From Nitrosococcus oceani ATCC 19707 (lineage in GTDB: Bacteria > Pseudomonadota > Gammaproteobacteria > Nitrosococcales > Nitrosococcaceae), in assembly GCF_000012805.1 (NCBI RefSeq), contig NC_007484.1, positions 150,001 through 182,000 of the forward strand: a stretch of DNA of 32,000 bases, in the 5' to 3' direction. Under the pieces are notes generated by a model. It was not told the origin of the DNA and did no database searches. It saw nothing but the letters and a program-made list of their open reading frames with translations. Shown here piece after piece: positions 10,371-19,290 of the stretch; the first letter of the stretch is position 1, and the number at the start of each line of letters is the position of its first letter. Both the position numbers and the translations under genes were made by a program.

Positions 10371-11618
10371 ATGCGACCGGTAATTGTGATATCCAGCTAC
10401 CTCCTTTCTTGCGGAGGGCTAATTTTGGCGTTGACCTATTCAACTATAGGGGCGGCTGCCTACACACTGACATTGGAGGATGTGTTGGCGCTGGCGCAAG
10501 GCAATCCGAATATTGTCGCTGCCCAGGCCCAACAGGATGCCGCTTCCGCAGCGCTACAGACAGCGCGCGCCTATCCCAATCCTGAAGCCCAATTAATGGC
10601 GGGACCTTCCAAGGCGCTCGCACCGGGAACGCCTGGTGGCCTCAGCGCTTTTGCGCAGATTGCCCAGCCTATTGAACTTCCCAGTGTTCGTTCATCCCGT
10701 GCACGTGGTGCAATGGCAGGGCTGGAGACGGCTCAGGCGGCTACGTCTAACGTGAGCCTCGCTATTCTAGCCCAAGCGAAGCAGGCTTTTTATGAAATTC
10801 TGCGGCGGCAGAATGAGGCGGAGGTTGCTATACAAAATCAGGCTTTGCTAGAGCAAATTCGGGATCGGGTAAAATTGCGGGTAGAGACGGGAGAGGCTCC
10901 CCGCTATGAATTTGTTAAGGCTGAAGCGGAAGTTTTAAGCGCTATTAAAAACCGTGAACGGGCTCAACTGCAGATTAATAGCGCCAAATCGATGTTGCGG
11001 GCACTGATCGGAGCAAGCTTACCTATAGATTTTGAAGCCAAAGGCAAATTGGCCGTGCCCAAGGATGTTCCCTCTGTTGAGAAGCTTCGTAGTCTGGTGC
11101 TTGAGCGCCATCCTGCGATTATTCAAATTCAGGGCCAGATGCGGCAAGCGCAGGCGCAGCTAAGGCTTGAACAAAATCTTAGATATCCCCAACCTACCTT
11201 CATGGCAAGCTTTCAGCGGGCTCCAGATCTGGATCAGTGGCTTTTCGGATTTGCTATTCCATTGCCCCTATGGAACCAGCGTCAAGGACCTATAGCGGCA
11301 GCTGCTGCTGAGCTCAAACAGAGCGAGGCCGCCGCGGAGCAGCAGCGCTTGGTTTTATTGCGGGAGATTGAAATTGCTCACACTCGTTACCGGATTGCGG
11401 CCCGGCAGGAGGAAGCTTTTGAAACGGGCCTGCTCAAAGAGGCGGAGTATGCTCTTAAGGTTGCTGAAACCGCTTACCGTCAAGGGGCGCGGGGTATTCT
11501 TGATTACCTGGATGCTCAGCGTATTTACCAAACAGTTCGCCAAGACTATATTAATGCCCGCTTTGATAAGCAAATGGCCTATATCGAAATTGAACGCCTA
11601 CTTGCCAGTGACTTATGA
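10371..11618 (+). CDS. TolC-family outer-membrane efflux protein (CzcC-like)
   Basis: 415 aa with a signal-like N-terminus, then LTLEDVLALAQGNPN and a two-fold repeat helical architecture typical of OEP/TolC proteins. First gene of a three-gene RND set. Confidence 0.8.
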   Translation: MRPVIVISSYLLSCGGLILALTYSTIGAAAYTLTLEDVLALAQGNPNIVAAQAQQDAASAALQTARAYPNPEAQLMAGPSKALAPGTPGGLSAFAQIAQPIELPSVRSSRARGAMAGLETAQAATSNVSLAILAQAKQAFYEILRRQNEAEVAIQNQALLEQIRDRVKLRVETGEAPRYEFVKAEAEVLSAIKNRERAQLQINSAKSMLRALIGASLPIDFEAKGKLAVPKDVPSVEKLRSLVLERHPAIIQIQGQMRQAQAQLRLEQNLRYPQPTFMASFQRAPDLDQWLFGFAIPLPLWNQRQGPIAAAAAELKQSEAAAEQQRLVLLREIEIAHTRYRIAARQEEAFETGLLKEAEYALKVAETAYRQGARGILDYLDAQRIYQTVRQDYINARFDKQMAYIEIERLLASDL

Positions 11619-11661
11619 ACTATTTGGAGTTTCGCCATGACTAATAGCAGTTTTGTTTCTA

Positions 11662-11691
11662 CCTGTCTGCGTGCGGACACGCACAGGCAGG
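11662..11691. repeat. REP-like imperfect hairpin, copy B (CCTGTCTGCGTG...CACAGGCAGG)
   Basis: Folds as 6 bp + 2-nt bulge + 6 bp with loop CGGA. Same family as 8463-8491, plus a miniature copy at 30245-30263. Confidence 0.7.
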
Positions 11692-11711
11692 CAAAACTTT
11701 ATCAGCCTAGA

Positions 11712-11842
11712 GAATTCGCGGTTCTCTGCGGCCTTCGGCGAAGGGTTTTTCTTGGCTTCCGTTGGTTGGCTGCTCCTCGCGCTTTCACTTTGGGTGCTCT
11801 CCACCCTAGGTTCCGTGAACAAGCGCATGCTAGCGCGAATTC
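11712..11842. repeat. 9-bp inverted repeat pair GAATTCGCG / CGCGAATTC flanking a 113-bp segment
   Basis: Exact reverse complements at 11712-11720 and 11834-11842, inside the czc OMP/MFP spacer. Confidence 0.75.
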
Positions 11843-11857
11843 ATGGCGAAAAGCTGG

Positions 11858-11902
11858 CCCTAGCGCTCGATGCGCCGTTTCACGGCGCATCGAGCGCTAG
11901 GG
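11858..11902. repeat. Perfect 20-bp stem / 5-nt loop hairpin
   Basis: CCCTAGCGCTCGATGCGCCG-TTTCA-CGGCGCATCGAGCGCTAGGG. All 20 pairs are Watson-Crick (checked base by base). No U-tract follows on the + strand. It lies 16 nt upstream of the MFP start codon. Confidence 0.95.
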
Positions 11903-11917
11903 GGTCATTAAATATCC

Positions 11918-13066
11918 ATGTTTAATTCTAATGCCATGCAAGTGTTTGTCCTTGCCCTTGTCTTCAGCCTCGTGTTGTTTCCCTCTTGCTTGGTTGCCGA
12001 GGGGCCAAGTCCTTCCCTTGATAGCGCTAACACTATCGAGGTCTCTGATATACTGGCCCAGCAGCTCAAGGTCAGGCCAGTGGGGCACGGTCGTGTCCGG
12101 GATACGCTGCGTTTGCCGGGCCGTGTCCAGCTTGATGAGCAACGCCTGGCGCGGATTGGGGCTTCCGTTACTGGCCGGATCACCGCGCTGTACGCTATTT
12201 TGGGCCAGGAAGTACAGCGGGGCGATATTCTGGCTGAGCTTAACAGCACCGAACTTGGAGCGGCGCAGGCCGCCTACCTTAAAGCTTCCTCCCAAGTCAG
12301 TTTGCGTAAATTAGCGGTTAGCCGGGCCCAACGCCTGCTGGCCGGGGATGTGATTGGCTCCGCCGAACTCCAGGAACGGGAAGGTGAACTCGTTGCAGCC
12401 GAGGTAGAAATGCAGGCAGGAGCTGACCAGCTCCGGGTGCTGGGAATGAGCGACAGAAGTATCAAGCAGCTCACCCGTAATGGGCAAATTGATTCTCACT
12501 CCCATATTACCGCGACCCTAAGTGGCACGGTGATCGACCGGCGCATCAGCCTTGGGCAGGTCGTGCAACCCTCGGATACGCTTTATACGATTGCCGATCT
12601 TTCCCATGTATGGTTAGTGGCTCAAATCCCGGAGAACCAAGCTTACTTGGTTCAGGAGGGCCAGGAGGCAGAAGCGGAAATACCAGCTCTGCCTGGCCCC
12701 TCAGCCACAGGCCAGCTTATTTATGTTGCCGATGTGGTGGACCCGAATACCCGCACCGTTACGATGCGAATGGATGTTCCTAATCCCCAGGGGCAAATTA
12801 GACCCAATATGCTGGCCTCAATAGTTATTCATACCCGAGCCGCGCCTGAACTCGTGGTTCCAGCTCAAGCTATCGTGCGCCAAGGCAGAGAGGATTTCAT
12901 TTTCGTGCAGAGCGATCCTCGGCATTTCACGCTTCGCCCCGTTAAGTTAGGTCCTAATGGAGGCGAATTTCGAGGGGTAGTGAGCGGATTAACAGTCGGT
13001 GAACCTATTGTAGTGGAAGGGGCTTTTCACTTAAATAACGAGCGCTTGCGCCGCAATTTGGATTAG
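11918..13066 (+). CDS. RND efflux periplasmic adaptor (MFP/HlyD family, CzcB-like)
   Basis: 382 aa with a signal-like N-terminus and a barrel-sandwich/lipoyl-like motif (GASVTGRITALYAILGQEVQRGDILAEL). Coiled-coil hairpin and C-terminal beta domains. The start could instead be the in-frame ATG at 11936. Confidence 0.82.
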   Translation: MFNSNAMQVFVLALVFSLVLFPSCLVAEGPSPSLDSANTIEVSDILAQQLKVRPVGHGRVRDTLRLPGRVQLDEQRLARIGASVTGRITALYAILGQEVQRGDILAELNSTELGAAQAAYLKASSQVSLRKLAVSRAQRLLAGDVIGSAELQEREGELVAAEVEMQAGADQLRVLGMSDRSIKQLTRNGQIDSHSHITATLSGTVIDRRISLGQVVQPSDTLYTIADLSHVWLVAQIPENQAYLVQEGQEAEAEIPALPGPSATGQLIYVADVVDPNTRTVTMRMDVPNPQGQIRPNMLASIVIHTRAAPELVVPAQAIVRQGREDFIFVQSDPRHFTLRPVKLGPNGGEFRGVVSGLTVGEPIVVEGAFHLNNERLRRNLD

Positions 13067-13070
13067 TTCT

Positions 13071-16000
13071 ATGGTGAAATCTCTGATTCATGGCGCGCTT
13101 GAGCAGCGGGTCGTTATCGTAGTGGTAGCCCTTGTACTCTTAGGTTTTGGTTTGCGGGCACCTAGCCAACTTTCCATGGATGCCTTTCCGGATGTGACCA
13201 ATATCCAAGTTCAGGTGGCTACCGAAGCTTTAGGTCGTTCCCCCGAGGAAATGGAACGATTTATCACCGTACCCGTTGAGATTGCGATGACGGGGCTCCC
13301 GGGCCTTACCGAAATGCGCTCCCTTAATAAAAGCGGGCTCTCGATTATTACCCTGGTTTTTACCGATGAGACGGATGTCTATTTTGCCCGGCAATTAGTA
13401 ATGGAGCGCCTCATTGGTGTGCAAGATCGCTTGCCGCCGGGTGTTACCCCGGTACTTGGTCCGGTGTCAACTGGGCTTGGCGAAGTTTATCAATATACGC
13501 TCCAACGGCCGGACGATGGTGGCCGCGCCCTTACCCCTGCCGAGTTGATAGAACGACGCACCATCCAGGACTGGGTGGTGCGGCCCCTGCTGCGCAGTAT
13601 CCCTGGGGTGGCGGAGATTAATTCTCAGGGAGGGTATGTTAAGCAATATCATGTTTTGGTCGATCCTGACCGGCTGCACCATTATCAGATCAGCCTTAAA
13701 GAGATTGAAGAGGCCCTAATCCGTAATAATGCCAATAGTGGCGGCGGCGTTCTGCCTCACTATGCGGAGCAATACTTAATCCGGGGTCTCGGCTTGATTG
13801 CTAGCATCGAGGATATTGGCAATATTATCCTCAAGGAGTTTGGGGGCACGCCTATTTATATCCGGGATGTGGCAAGCATTCGTATTGGGCACGAGGTTCG
13901 ACAGGGCGCCATTATCAAAAATGGCGTGAGCGAGCAGGTATCAGGGATCGTATTGATGATTCGCGGCGGTAACGCCATGGAGGTAGTCGGGCGGGTCAAG
14001 GAAAAAGTAGCGGAGATCAATGAGCAAGGGCTGCTTCCTGGCGGGCTAGAAATTGTCCCTTATTATGACCGGACCGATTTGGTGGGGGCAGCGCTGAATA
14101 CAGTCACCAAGACCCTGCTTGAAGGTGTTGTATTGGTCATCGTGATATTGTTTGTATTCCTCGGCGATATCCGCAGCAGCTTTATCGTCGTTTGCACCTT
14201 AGTGCTTACGCCGCTACTTACCTTCATGGTGATGAATCGTTATGGGATTTCGGCCAACCTCATGTCCCTGGGGGGGCTTGCCATTGCAATCGGGCTAATT
14301 GTGGATGGTTCCGTGGTGGTGGTGGAGAATACTTTTCGCTATTTGAGCGAGCGTAGAAATACCGGCGAAAGCAAGACCCGAATCGTCCTGGAGGCGGCGG
14401 TTGAAGTGGGCAAGCCGGTTATTTTCGGGGTAGGCATCATTATCGTGGTGTTCTTGCCCTTGTTTACCCTGGAGGGAATGGAAGGAAAAATTTTTGCGCC
14501 CCTGGCCCTTACCATTTCCATTGCCCTTTCTATTTCCCTGCTCCTATCCTTGGTTCTCTCGCCGGTGCTCTGTTCCTATGTGCTTAAAGGAGGAAGCGAG
14601 GAAGATACACGCCTAATCGCCTGGCTGAAAAGGGGGTATTTAAAACTCCTTGCTTGGGCACTTAATTGGCGCATTACCGTGGTTTTGAGCAGCGTGCTTC
14701 TTCTCGGCTTAGCGTTAAGTTTGTTTCCGTATTTAGGTAAATCCTTCATCCCGGTTATGAAGGAAGGCGCGCTCACACCACAGATCAACCGAGTGGCAGG
14801 GATGTCCCTCAGTGAGTCAATTCGCATGGAGATGTATGCAACCCGCCTTATTCGCGAAGTTCCCGGCGTGGAAATGGTGGTTTCCAAGCTTGGGCGTGGT
14901 GAGAGTCCTGCCGATCCGGTGGGGCCGAACGAGTCAGATCCCATTGTAACCCTTAAACCGCGGGCAGAATGGCCCGAGGGCTGGACCCAGGATGATATCG
15001 ACGCGGCGATCCGTGATAAGCTTAAGGCTTTGCCGGGCGTGCAAATCGTTCTCAGCCAGCCCATTGCGGAACGGGTTGACGAAATGGTTTCTGGAGTCAA
15101 GTCGCAGCTGGCGATTAAACTTTTTGGTGATGATCTGTCCGCCTTAAAACGCACCGCGGATGATATTGCCCGCCTGCTAAGAACGGTTGAGGGAACCCGC
15201 GACTTACGAGTGGAACGGGTGAGCGGCCAACAATACCTTTTAGTTGATGTCAACCGCCATGCTATTGCCCGCCACGGGATCAATGTAGCCGATGTGCATA
15301 GTGTAATTGAAACCGCCATTCGGGGGAAAGTGGCGACTCATATCTATGAAGGCGAGCGGCGCTTTGCGGCGTTGGTGCGTTTTCCTGAAAGCAACCGTAA
15401 TTCGCCCGAAGCTATCAGCAGGATTCTACTCACTTCAGCCAGTGGCGCTCGGGTTCCAATTGAGGATCTAGCTGATGTTCGGCTAGAGGAAGGCCCTGCC
15501 CGGATTAGCCGTGAGAGCGCCAAGCGCCGCATTGTCGTCGGCGCTAACCTTGTCGATCGGGATATGGGAGGGTACGTGGACGAAGTTCAGCAAAAGATTG
15601 CCGAGCAGATTAAGTTACCCGAAGGGTATTTCCTTGTATGGGGCGGCCAATTCGAGAATATGGAGCGGGCAATGGCGCGTTTGACGATCATTGTGCCATT
15701 AACCATTGCGATTATTTTCTTTCTTTTGTTTGTGCTGTTTAACACCGTTCGGTTAGCCGCTTTAATCATCCTGGTTCTGCCATTTGCCTCCATTGGCGGC
15801 ATTGTTGCTCTTTTTCTTACGGGAGAATATTTATCTGTACCCGCCTCGGTAGGGTTTATTGCCCTTTGGGGCATCGCTGTTCTCAATGGAGTGGTGCTGG
15901 TCTCCTATATTCGTAGCCTGCGGGATGGGGGATTGGAGCAATGGGAGGCAATAGTGCAGGGGTGTGCCCAGCGTTTCCGTCCTGTCCTCATGACGGCGAC

Positions 16001-16208
16001 CGTAGCCATGTTGGGATTAACCCCCATGCTGTTCGCAGAGGGTCCGGGATCAGAAGTACAACGGCCCTTGGCTGTGGTTGTTATCGGAGGATTGATTAGT
16101 TCGACCGCGCTCACCCTGATTGTGGTGCCTGTCCTCTACCGTTGGTTTGATGTGCGCCGCAGAGGGGAAGGCGGACAGGTTGAATTTGAGGGGAAAAGAG
16201 ATTCATAG
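13071..16208 (+). CDS. Heavy-metal-efflux type RND permease (CusA/CzcA family)
   Basis: 1045 aa with 12-TM RND architecture. The TM4 region LGGLAIAIGLIVDGSVVVVEN fits the HME-RND signature. The N-terminus has DAFPDVTNIQVQV, typical of CzcA/CusA. Confidence 0.92.
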   Translation: MVKSLIHGALEQRVVIVVVALVLLGFGLRAPSQLSMDAFPDVTNIQVQVATEALGRSPEEMERFITVPVEIAMTGLPGLTEMRSLNKSGLSIITLVFTDETDVYFARQLVMERLIGVQDRLPPGVTPVLGPVSTGLGEVYQYTLQRPDDGGRALTPAELIERRTIQDWVVRPLLRSIPGVAEINSQGGYVKQYHVLVDPDRLHHYQISLKEIEEALIRNNANSGGGVLPHYAEQYLIRGLGLIASIEDIGNIILKEFGGTPIYIRDVASIRIGHEVRQGAIIKNGVSEQVSGIVLMIRGGNAMEVVGRVKEKVAEINEQGLLPGGLEIVPYYDRTDLVGAALNTVTKTLLEGVVLVIVILFVFLGDIRSSFIVVCTLVLTPLLTFMVMNRYGISANLMSLGGLAIAIGLIVDGSVVVVENTFRYLSERRNTGESKTRIVLEAAVEVGKPVIFGVGIIIVVFLPLFTLEGMEGKIFAPLALTISIALSISLLLSLVLSPVLCSYVLKGGSEEDTRLIAWLKRGYLKLLAWALNWRITVVLSSVLLLGLALSLFPYLGKSFIPVMKEGALTPQINRVAGMSLSESIRMEMYATRLIREVPGVEMVVSKLGRGESPADPVGPNESDPIVTLKPRAEWPEGWTQDDIDAAIRDKLKALPGVQIVLSQPIAERVDEMVSGVKSQLAIKLFGDDLSALKRTADDIARLLRTVEGTRDLRVERVSGQQYLLVDVNRHAIARHGINVADVHSVIETAIRGKVATHIYEGERRFAALVRFPESNRNSPEAISRILLTSASGARVPIEDLADVRLEEGPARISRESAKRRIVVGANLVDRDMGGYVDEVQQKIAEQIKLPEGYFLVWGGQFENMERAMARLTIIVPLTIAIIFFLLFVLFNTVRLAALIILVLPFASIGGIVALFLTGEYLSVPASVGFIALWGIAVLNGVVLVSYIRSLRDGGLEQWEAIVQGCAQRFRPVLMTATVAMLGLTPMLFAEGPGSEVQRPLAVVVIGGLISSTALTLIVVPVLYRWFDVRRRGEGGQVEFEGKRDS

Positions 16209-16594
16209 GGCTTTTTGAGGAATACCAATTGAAAATGGATTGATAATTCGCAGATCTTAGCCCTTTTTGCCTTTTATATCCCTACTGGCTACCCGTTACT
16301 TCGGCGGAATAGAAAATGAGAATCTCCCAAGGGCAGAAATTGTATCGTCGATTATATTTTAATCAATTCCCACACTCCACGCTGCTGACAGAGCCAATCA
16401 AATTCTTCGCGTAATAGATGCTGATTGGCTTTTGCTTCTATTCTTCCTATGATATGGCTATCACATAGTTTGACCTATTGCCGCCGCCTTGAAGAAAATT
16501 TGCGCGAGGCAATGGGGTTAACTGCCAAGCTATTTTACATTTAAGCGATAAATTTTGTTAGGCTTAAGAGCACTCAAATTAAACTGAGGAAGTA

Positions 16595-17374
16595 ATGAGG
16601 AAAAGATACCGGATACAGTTCCCAAAAGCTAAATTATCTAGTTGCAAGCAAGACGAAGCTTACTTCTATCTTCAAGAAGAGAATGGCAGAAGAAAAATAA
16701 GATTTCATGATTATAGTGAAATTTATCAAAAACAAGATTTATACGAGCAAATCTTTTATGAGCGCCTGCAATGTTCATCCCCAAGCAAAGTATCCTCTAT
16801 ACTCGAAGCAGCGGTAAAACAGTCCCAAGATAATTTCTCTGAACTTCGGATATTAGATTTGGGCGCAGGTAATGGCATGATGGGGGATGAGCTAAAAAAA
16901 CATGGGGTTTCCCGCTTAATAGGGATAGATATAGTTCCTGAAGCCTATGAGGCAACCATACGAGATAGACCAGGGATATATGATGCCTATTATGTTGAAG
17001 ATTTCACAAGATTAGATAATGATAAAAAGGAGGAAATAAAAACCTGGAACTGTGATTGTATGGTAACAGTCTCCGCGCTTGGTTTTTCCGATATTCCAGC
17101 AAAGGTATTTATAGAGGCGTTTAACATTATTAAGAATGAGGGGTGGTTAGCCTTTAACATTAAAGAAACCTTTTTCAATATTAGTGACGAATCAGGTTTT
17201 TCAAAAATGATTCGGGAATTAATATTTTCTAAATATATTGATATATATTGTATTGAACGCTACCGGCATAGATTCTCAATAGATGGAGAGCCGTTATATT
17301 ATTTCGCGGTTGCAGGAAGAAAAAATTTAGATATTCCCAGTAATTTTTTGGATTCAAAAAATATCCTAGCCTAA
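16595..17374 (+). CDS. Class I SAM-dependent methyltransferase, substrate unknown
   Basis: 259 aa with motif I ILDLGAGNGMMG and the post-I acidic residue in LIGIDIV. GAGGAAG RBS. Lies in a visibly AT-rich stretch. Confidence 0.7.
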   Translation: MRKRYRIQFPKAKLSSCKQDEAYFYLQEENGRRKIRFHDYSEIYQKQDLYEQIFYERLQCSSPSKVSSILEAAVKQSQDNFSELRILDLGAGNGMMGDELKKHGVSRLIGIDIVPEAYEATIRDRPGIYDAYYVEDFTRLDNDKKEEIKTWNCDCMVTVSALGFSDIPAKVFIEAFNIIKNEGWLAFNIKETFFNISDESGFSKMIRELIFSKYIDIYCIERYRHRFSIDGEPLYYFAVAGRKNLDIPSNFLDSKNILA

Positions 17375-17426
17375 GCAAGCAGTAGATAATTTTTACGATT
17401 AAATTTAAATAAAGTAATTGCAGTTA

Positions 17427-17924
17427 ATGAAGACTAAATCACCGCCGCTTTCAAGTTGGATTTTTATCGTTACTATCCTGTGGATAGGTTTCTTGCTTGC
17501 GATTAGCTTTATGGAAGCACCTCTTAAATTCTGTGCGCCTTCATTAACTTTACCCGTTGCCCTTGAAATTGGGTATATCGTTTTTCATGCTCTCAACCTT
17601 GTAGAAATTATATTTGCGGCCTTGATTCTTGCCGCTACCTATTTCGGCCTAACTTCTCGAAAATCTATCCTCTTTGCTGTTGGCGTTATAGGGATACTTA
17701 TTATTCAGACTGTCCTTCTTTTTACCAAATTAGATGCAAGAACGCTTGCTATCATCAATGGTCTAGAAACTTCATCCACGCCGTACCATATTGTCTACAT
17801 GGTAATGGAAGTTATCAAGTTAATAGGATTAGTGGTTTTAGCTTTTTATCAGCTGGGCGATTTTAGACTATCGGTTATAAAGTTAACCCGACAAAATCTA
17901 GAGAATCCTAATCGCGTCCGGTAA
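17427..17924 (+). CDS. Small integral membrane protein (about 4 TM), unknown function
   Basis: Four hydrophobic helices (WIFIVTILWIGFLLAISF, ALEIGYIVFHALNLVEIIFAALILAA, ILFAVGVIGILIIQTVLLF, IVYMVMEVIKLIGLVVLAF). The track start 17418 is TTG. ATG 17427 is more likely. Confidence 0.55.
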   Translation: MKTKSPPLSSWIFIVTILWIGFLLAISFMEAPLKFCAPSLTLPVALEIGYIVFHALNLVEIIFAALILAATYFGLTSRKSILFAVGVIGILIIQTVLLFTKLDARTLAIINGLETSSTPYHIVYMVMEVIKLIGLVVLAFYQLGDFRLSVIKLTRQNLENPNRVR

Positions 17925-18015
17925 CCAATAATTCTACCTTTTGGTATCTAGGGGAGAAGGTTAATTTCACAAGCATGGATGCCGCCCAGCAAAATTATTT
18001 CCCCAGGTGTTGCGT

Positions 18016-19194
18016 ATGCCTCTATGGGATGTGGTGATTATCGGCGGTGGCGCCGCTGGTTTGATGTGTGCTATTGAGGCTGGTAAACGCCAGCGACGGG
18101 TATTGCTCATTGAGCACAGTAACCGTGTGGGCAAGAAGATTCTAATGTCTGGGGGCGGGCGCTGTAACTTCACTAACCTACACGTCAGGCCGGATAATTT
18201 TTTATCGGCTAATCCTCACTTCTGTAAATCCGCGCTGGCCCGCTATAGCCCGTGGGATTTTATCGCCATGGTAGAACGCCACGGTATTGCTTACCATGAG
18301 AAAGAATCCGGGCAGCTATTCTGCAACCAATCTTCAAAGTTAATCGTGAACATGCTGGTAGCGGAGTGTCAGCAAGTCGGGGTACGTATTGAATTGGGAT
18401 CCAAGGTAACCACGGTGAAACATAGGTTCCCTGGCTTTGCTTTAGAAACCAGTCTAGGATCGGTTCAGGCATCCGCATTGGTCATTGCCAGTGGTGGCTT
18501 GTCCATCCCTAAAATGGGTGCTAGCGGTTTTGGTTATGAACTTGCTAAACGGTTTGGACATCGTATTCTTGCTACCCGTCCCGCCTTGGTGCCCCTGATC
18601 TTCACTGAAGAAGACTTGGAGCAATATCGGGACTTAAGTGGCATTGGACTATTAGCCGAAGTCGGCTGCAATAATCAGTATTTTACCGGCGGCATGTTGT
18701 TTACTCATCGAGGAATCAGCGGCCCGGCTATTTTACAGATCTCTTCCTATTGGCAGCTTTCTGATGAACTGGGGATAAATCTATTGCCAGGAACAGATGT
18801 TCTAGCATGGTTAACAGAGCGGCAGCGCAGTCGCCCTAGTGCCGAACTCAGGACAGTGCTCGCCAAATGCTTGCCAAAACGGTTGGCCCAGCGCCTCTGT
18901 AAATTAGTATTTGGCAGCTTTCCCCTGCGCCAATATTCTCCACTGGAATTGAGGGCAGTGGCCGAACGGCTCCAGTATTGGCGCTTTTATCCCAAGGGAA
19001 CCGAAGGTTATCGCACGGCTGAGGTGACATTGGGTGGTGTCAATACCGATGAGCTTTCTTCGGCTACCATGGCCTCCAAAAAAGTGCCGGGACTATACTT
19101 TATCGGGGAAGTGGTGGATGTGACTGGTCATCTGGGTGGATTCAATTTTCAATGGGCTTGGGCATCTGGTCATGCGGCTGGGCAGGCGGTTTGA
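18016..19194 (+). CDS. NAD(P)/FAD-dependent oxidoreductase, HI0933/BaiN-like flavoprotein
   Basis: Dinucleotide-binding DVVIIGGGAAGLMCA, SGGGRCNFTN, and C-terminal GLYFIGEVVDVTGHLGGFNFQWAWASG, typical of this family. ATG 18016 is preferred to the GTG track start 18007. Confidence 0.85.
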   Translation: MPLWDVVIIGGGAAGLMCAIEAGKRQRRVLLIEHSNRVGKKILMSGGGRCNFTNLHVRPDNFLSANPHFCKSALARYSPWDFIAMVERHGIAYHEKESGQLFCNQSSKLIVNMLVAECQQVGVRIELGSKVTTVKHRFPGFALETSLGSVQASALVIASGGLSIPKMGASGFGYELAKRFGHRILATRPALVPLIFTEEDLEQYRDLSGIGLLAEVGCNNQYFTGGMLFTHRGISGPAILQISSYWQLSDELGINLLPGTDVLAWLTERQRSRPSAELRTVLAKCLPKRLAQRLCKLVFGSFPLRQYSPLELRAVAERLQYWRFYPKGTEGYRTAEVTLGGVNTDELSSATMASKKVPGLYFIGEVVDVTGHLGGFNFQWAWASGHAAGQAV

Positions 19195-19290
19195 GGGCTA
19201 ACCGAGAGAATTATTCACAATAAACTAAGAAGCCATATCAATTAAAATTCTCCTCCCAGTGCTTTGAATTGTTGAGAGTAGAGAAAAGAT

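Noticed and set aside
11637-11925. Several 60-130-aa ORFs on both strands in and around the czc OMP/MFP spacer (for example 11637-11900, 11653-11925, 11702-11890, 11897-12295)
   Set aside because: They are read through hairpins and inverted repeats or overlap the MFP gene in antisense. Peptides such as VCVRTRTGRQ are translation artefacts of the REP-like element.
14576-15319. 247-aa minus-strand ORF inside the RND permease gene
   Set aside because: It is antisense to a 1045-aa gene with unmistakable CzcA/CusA motifs. The S/R/T-rich composition is typical of a shadow frame in GC-balanced coding DNA.
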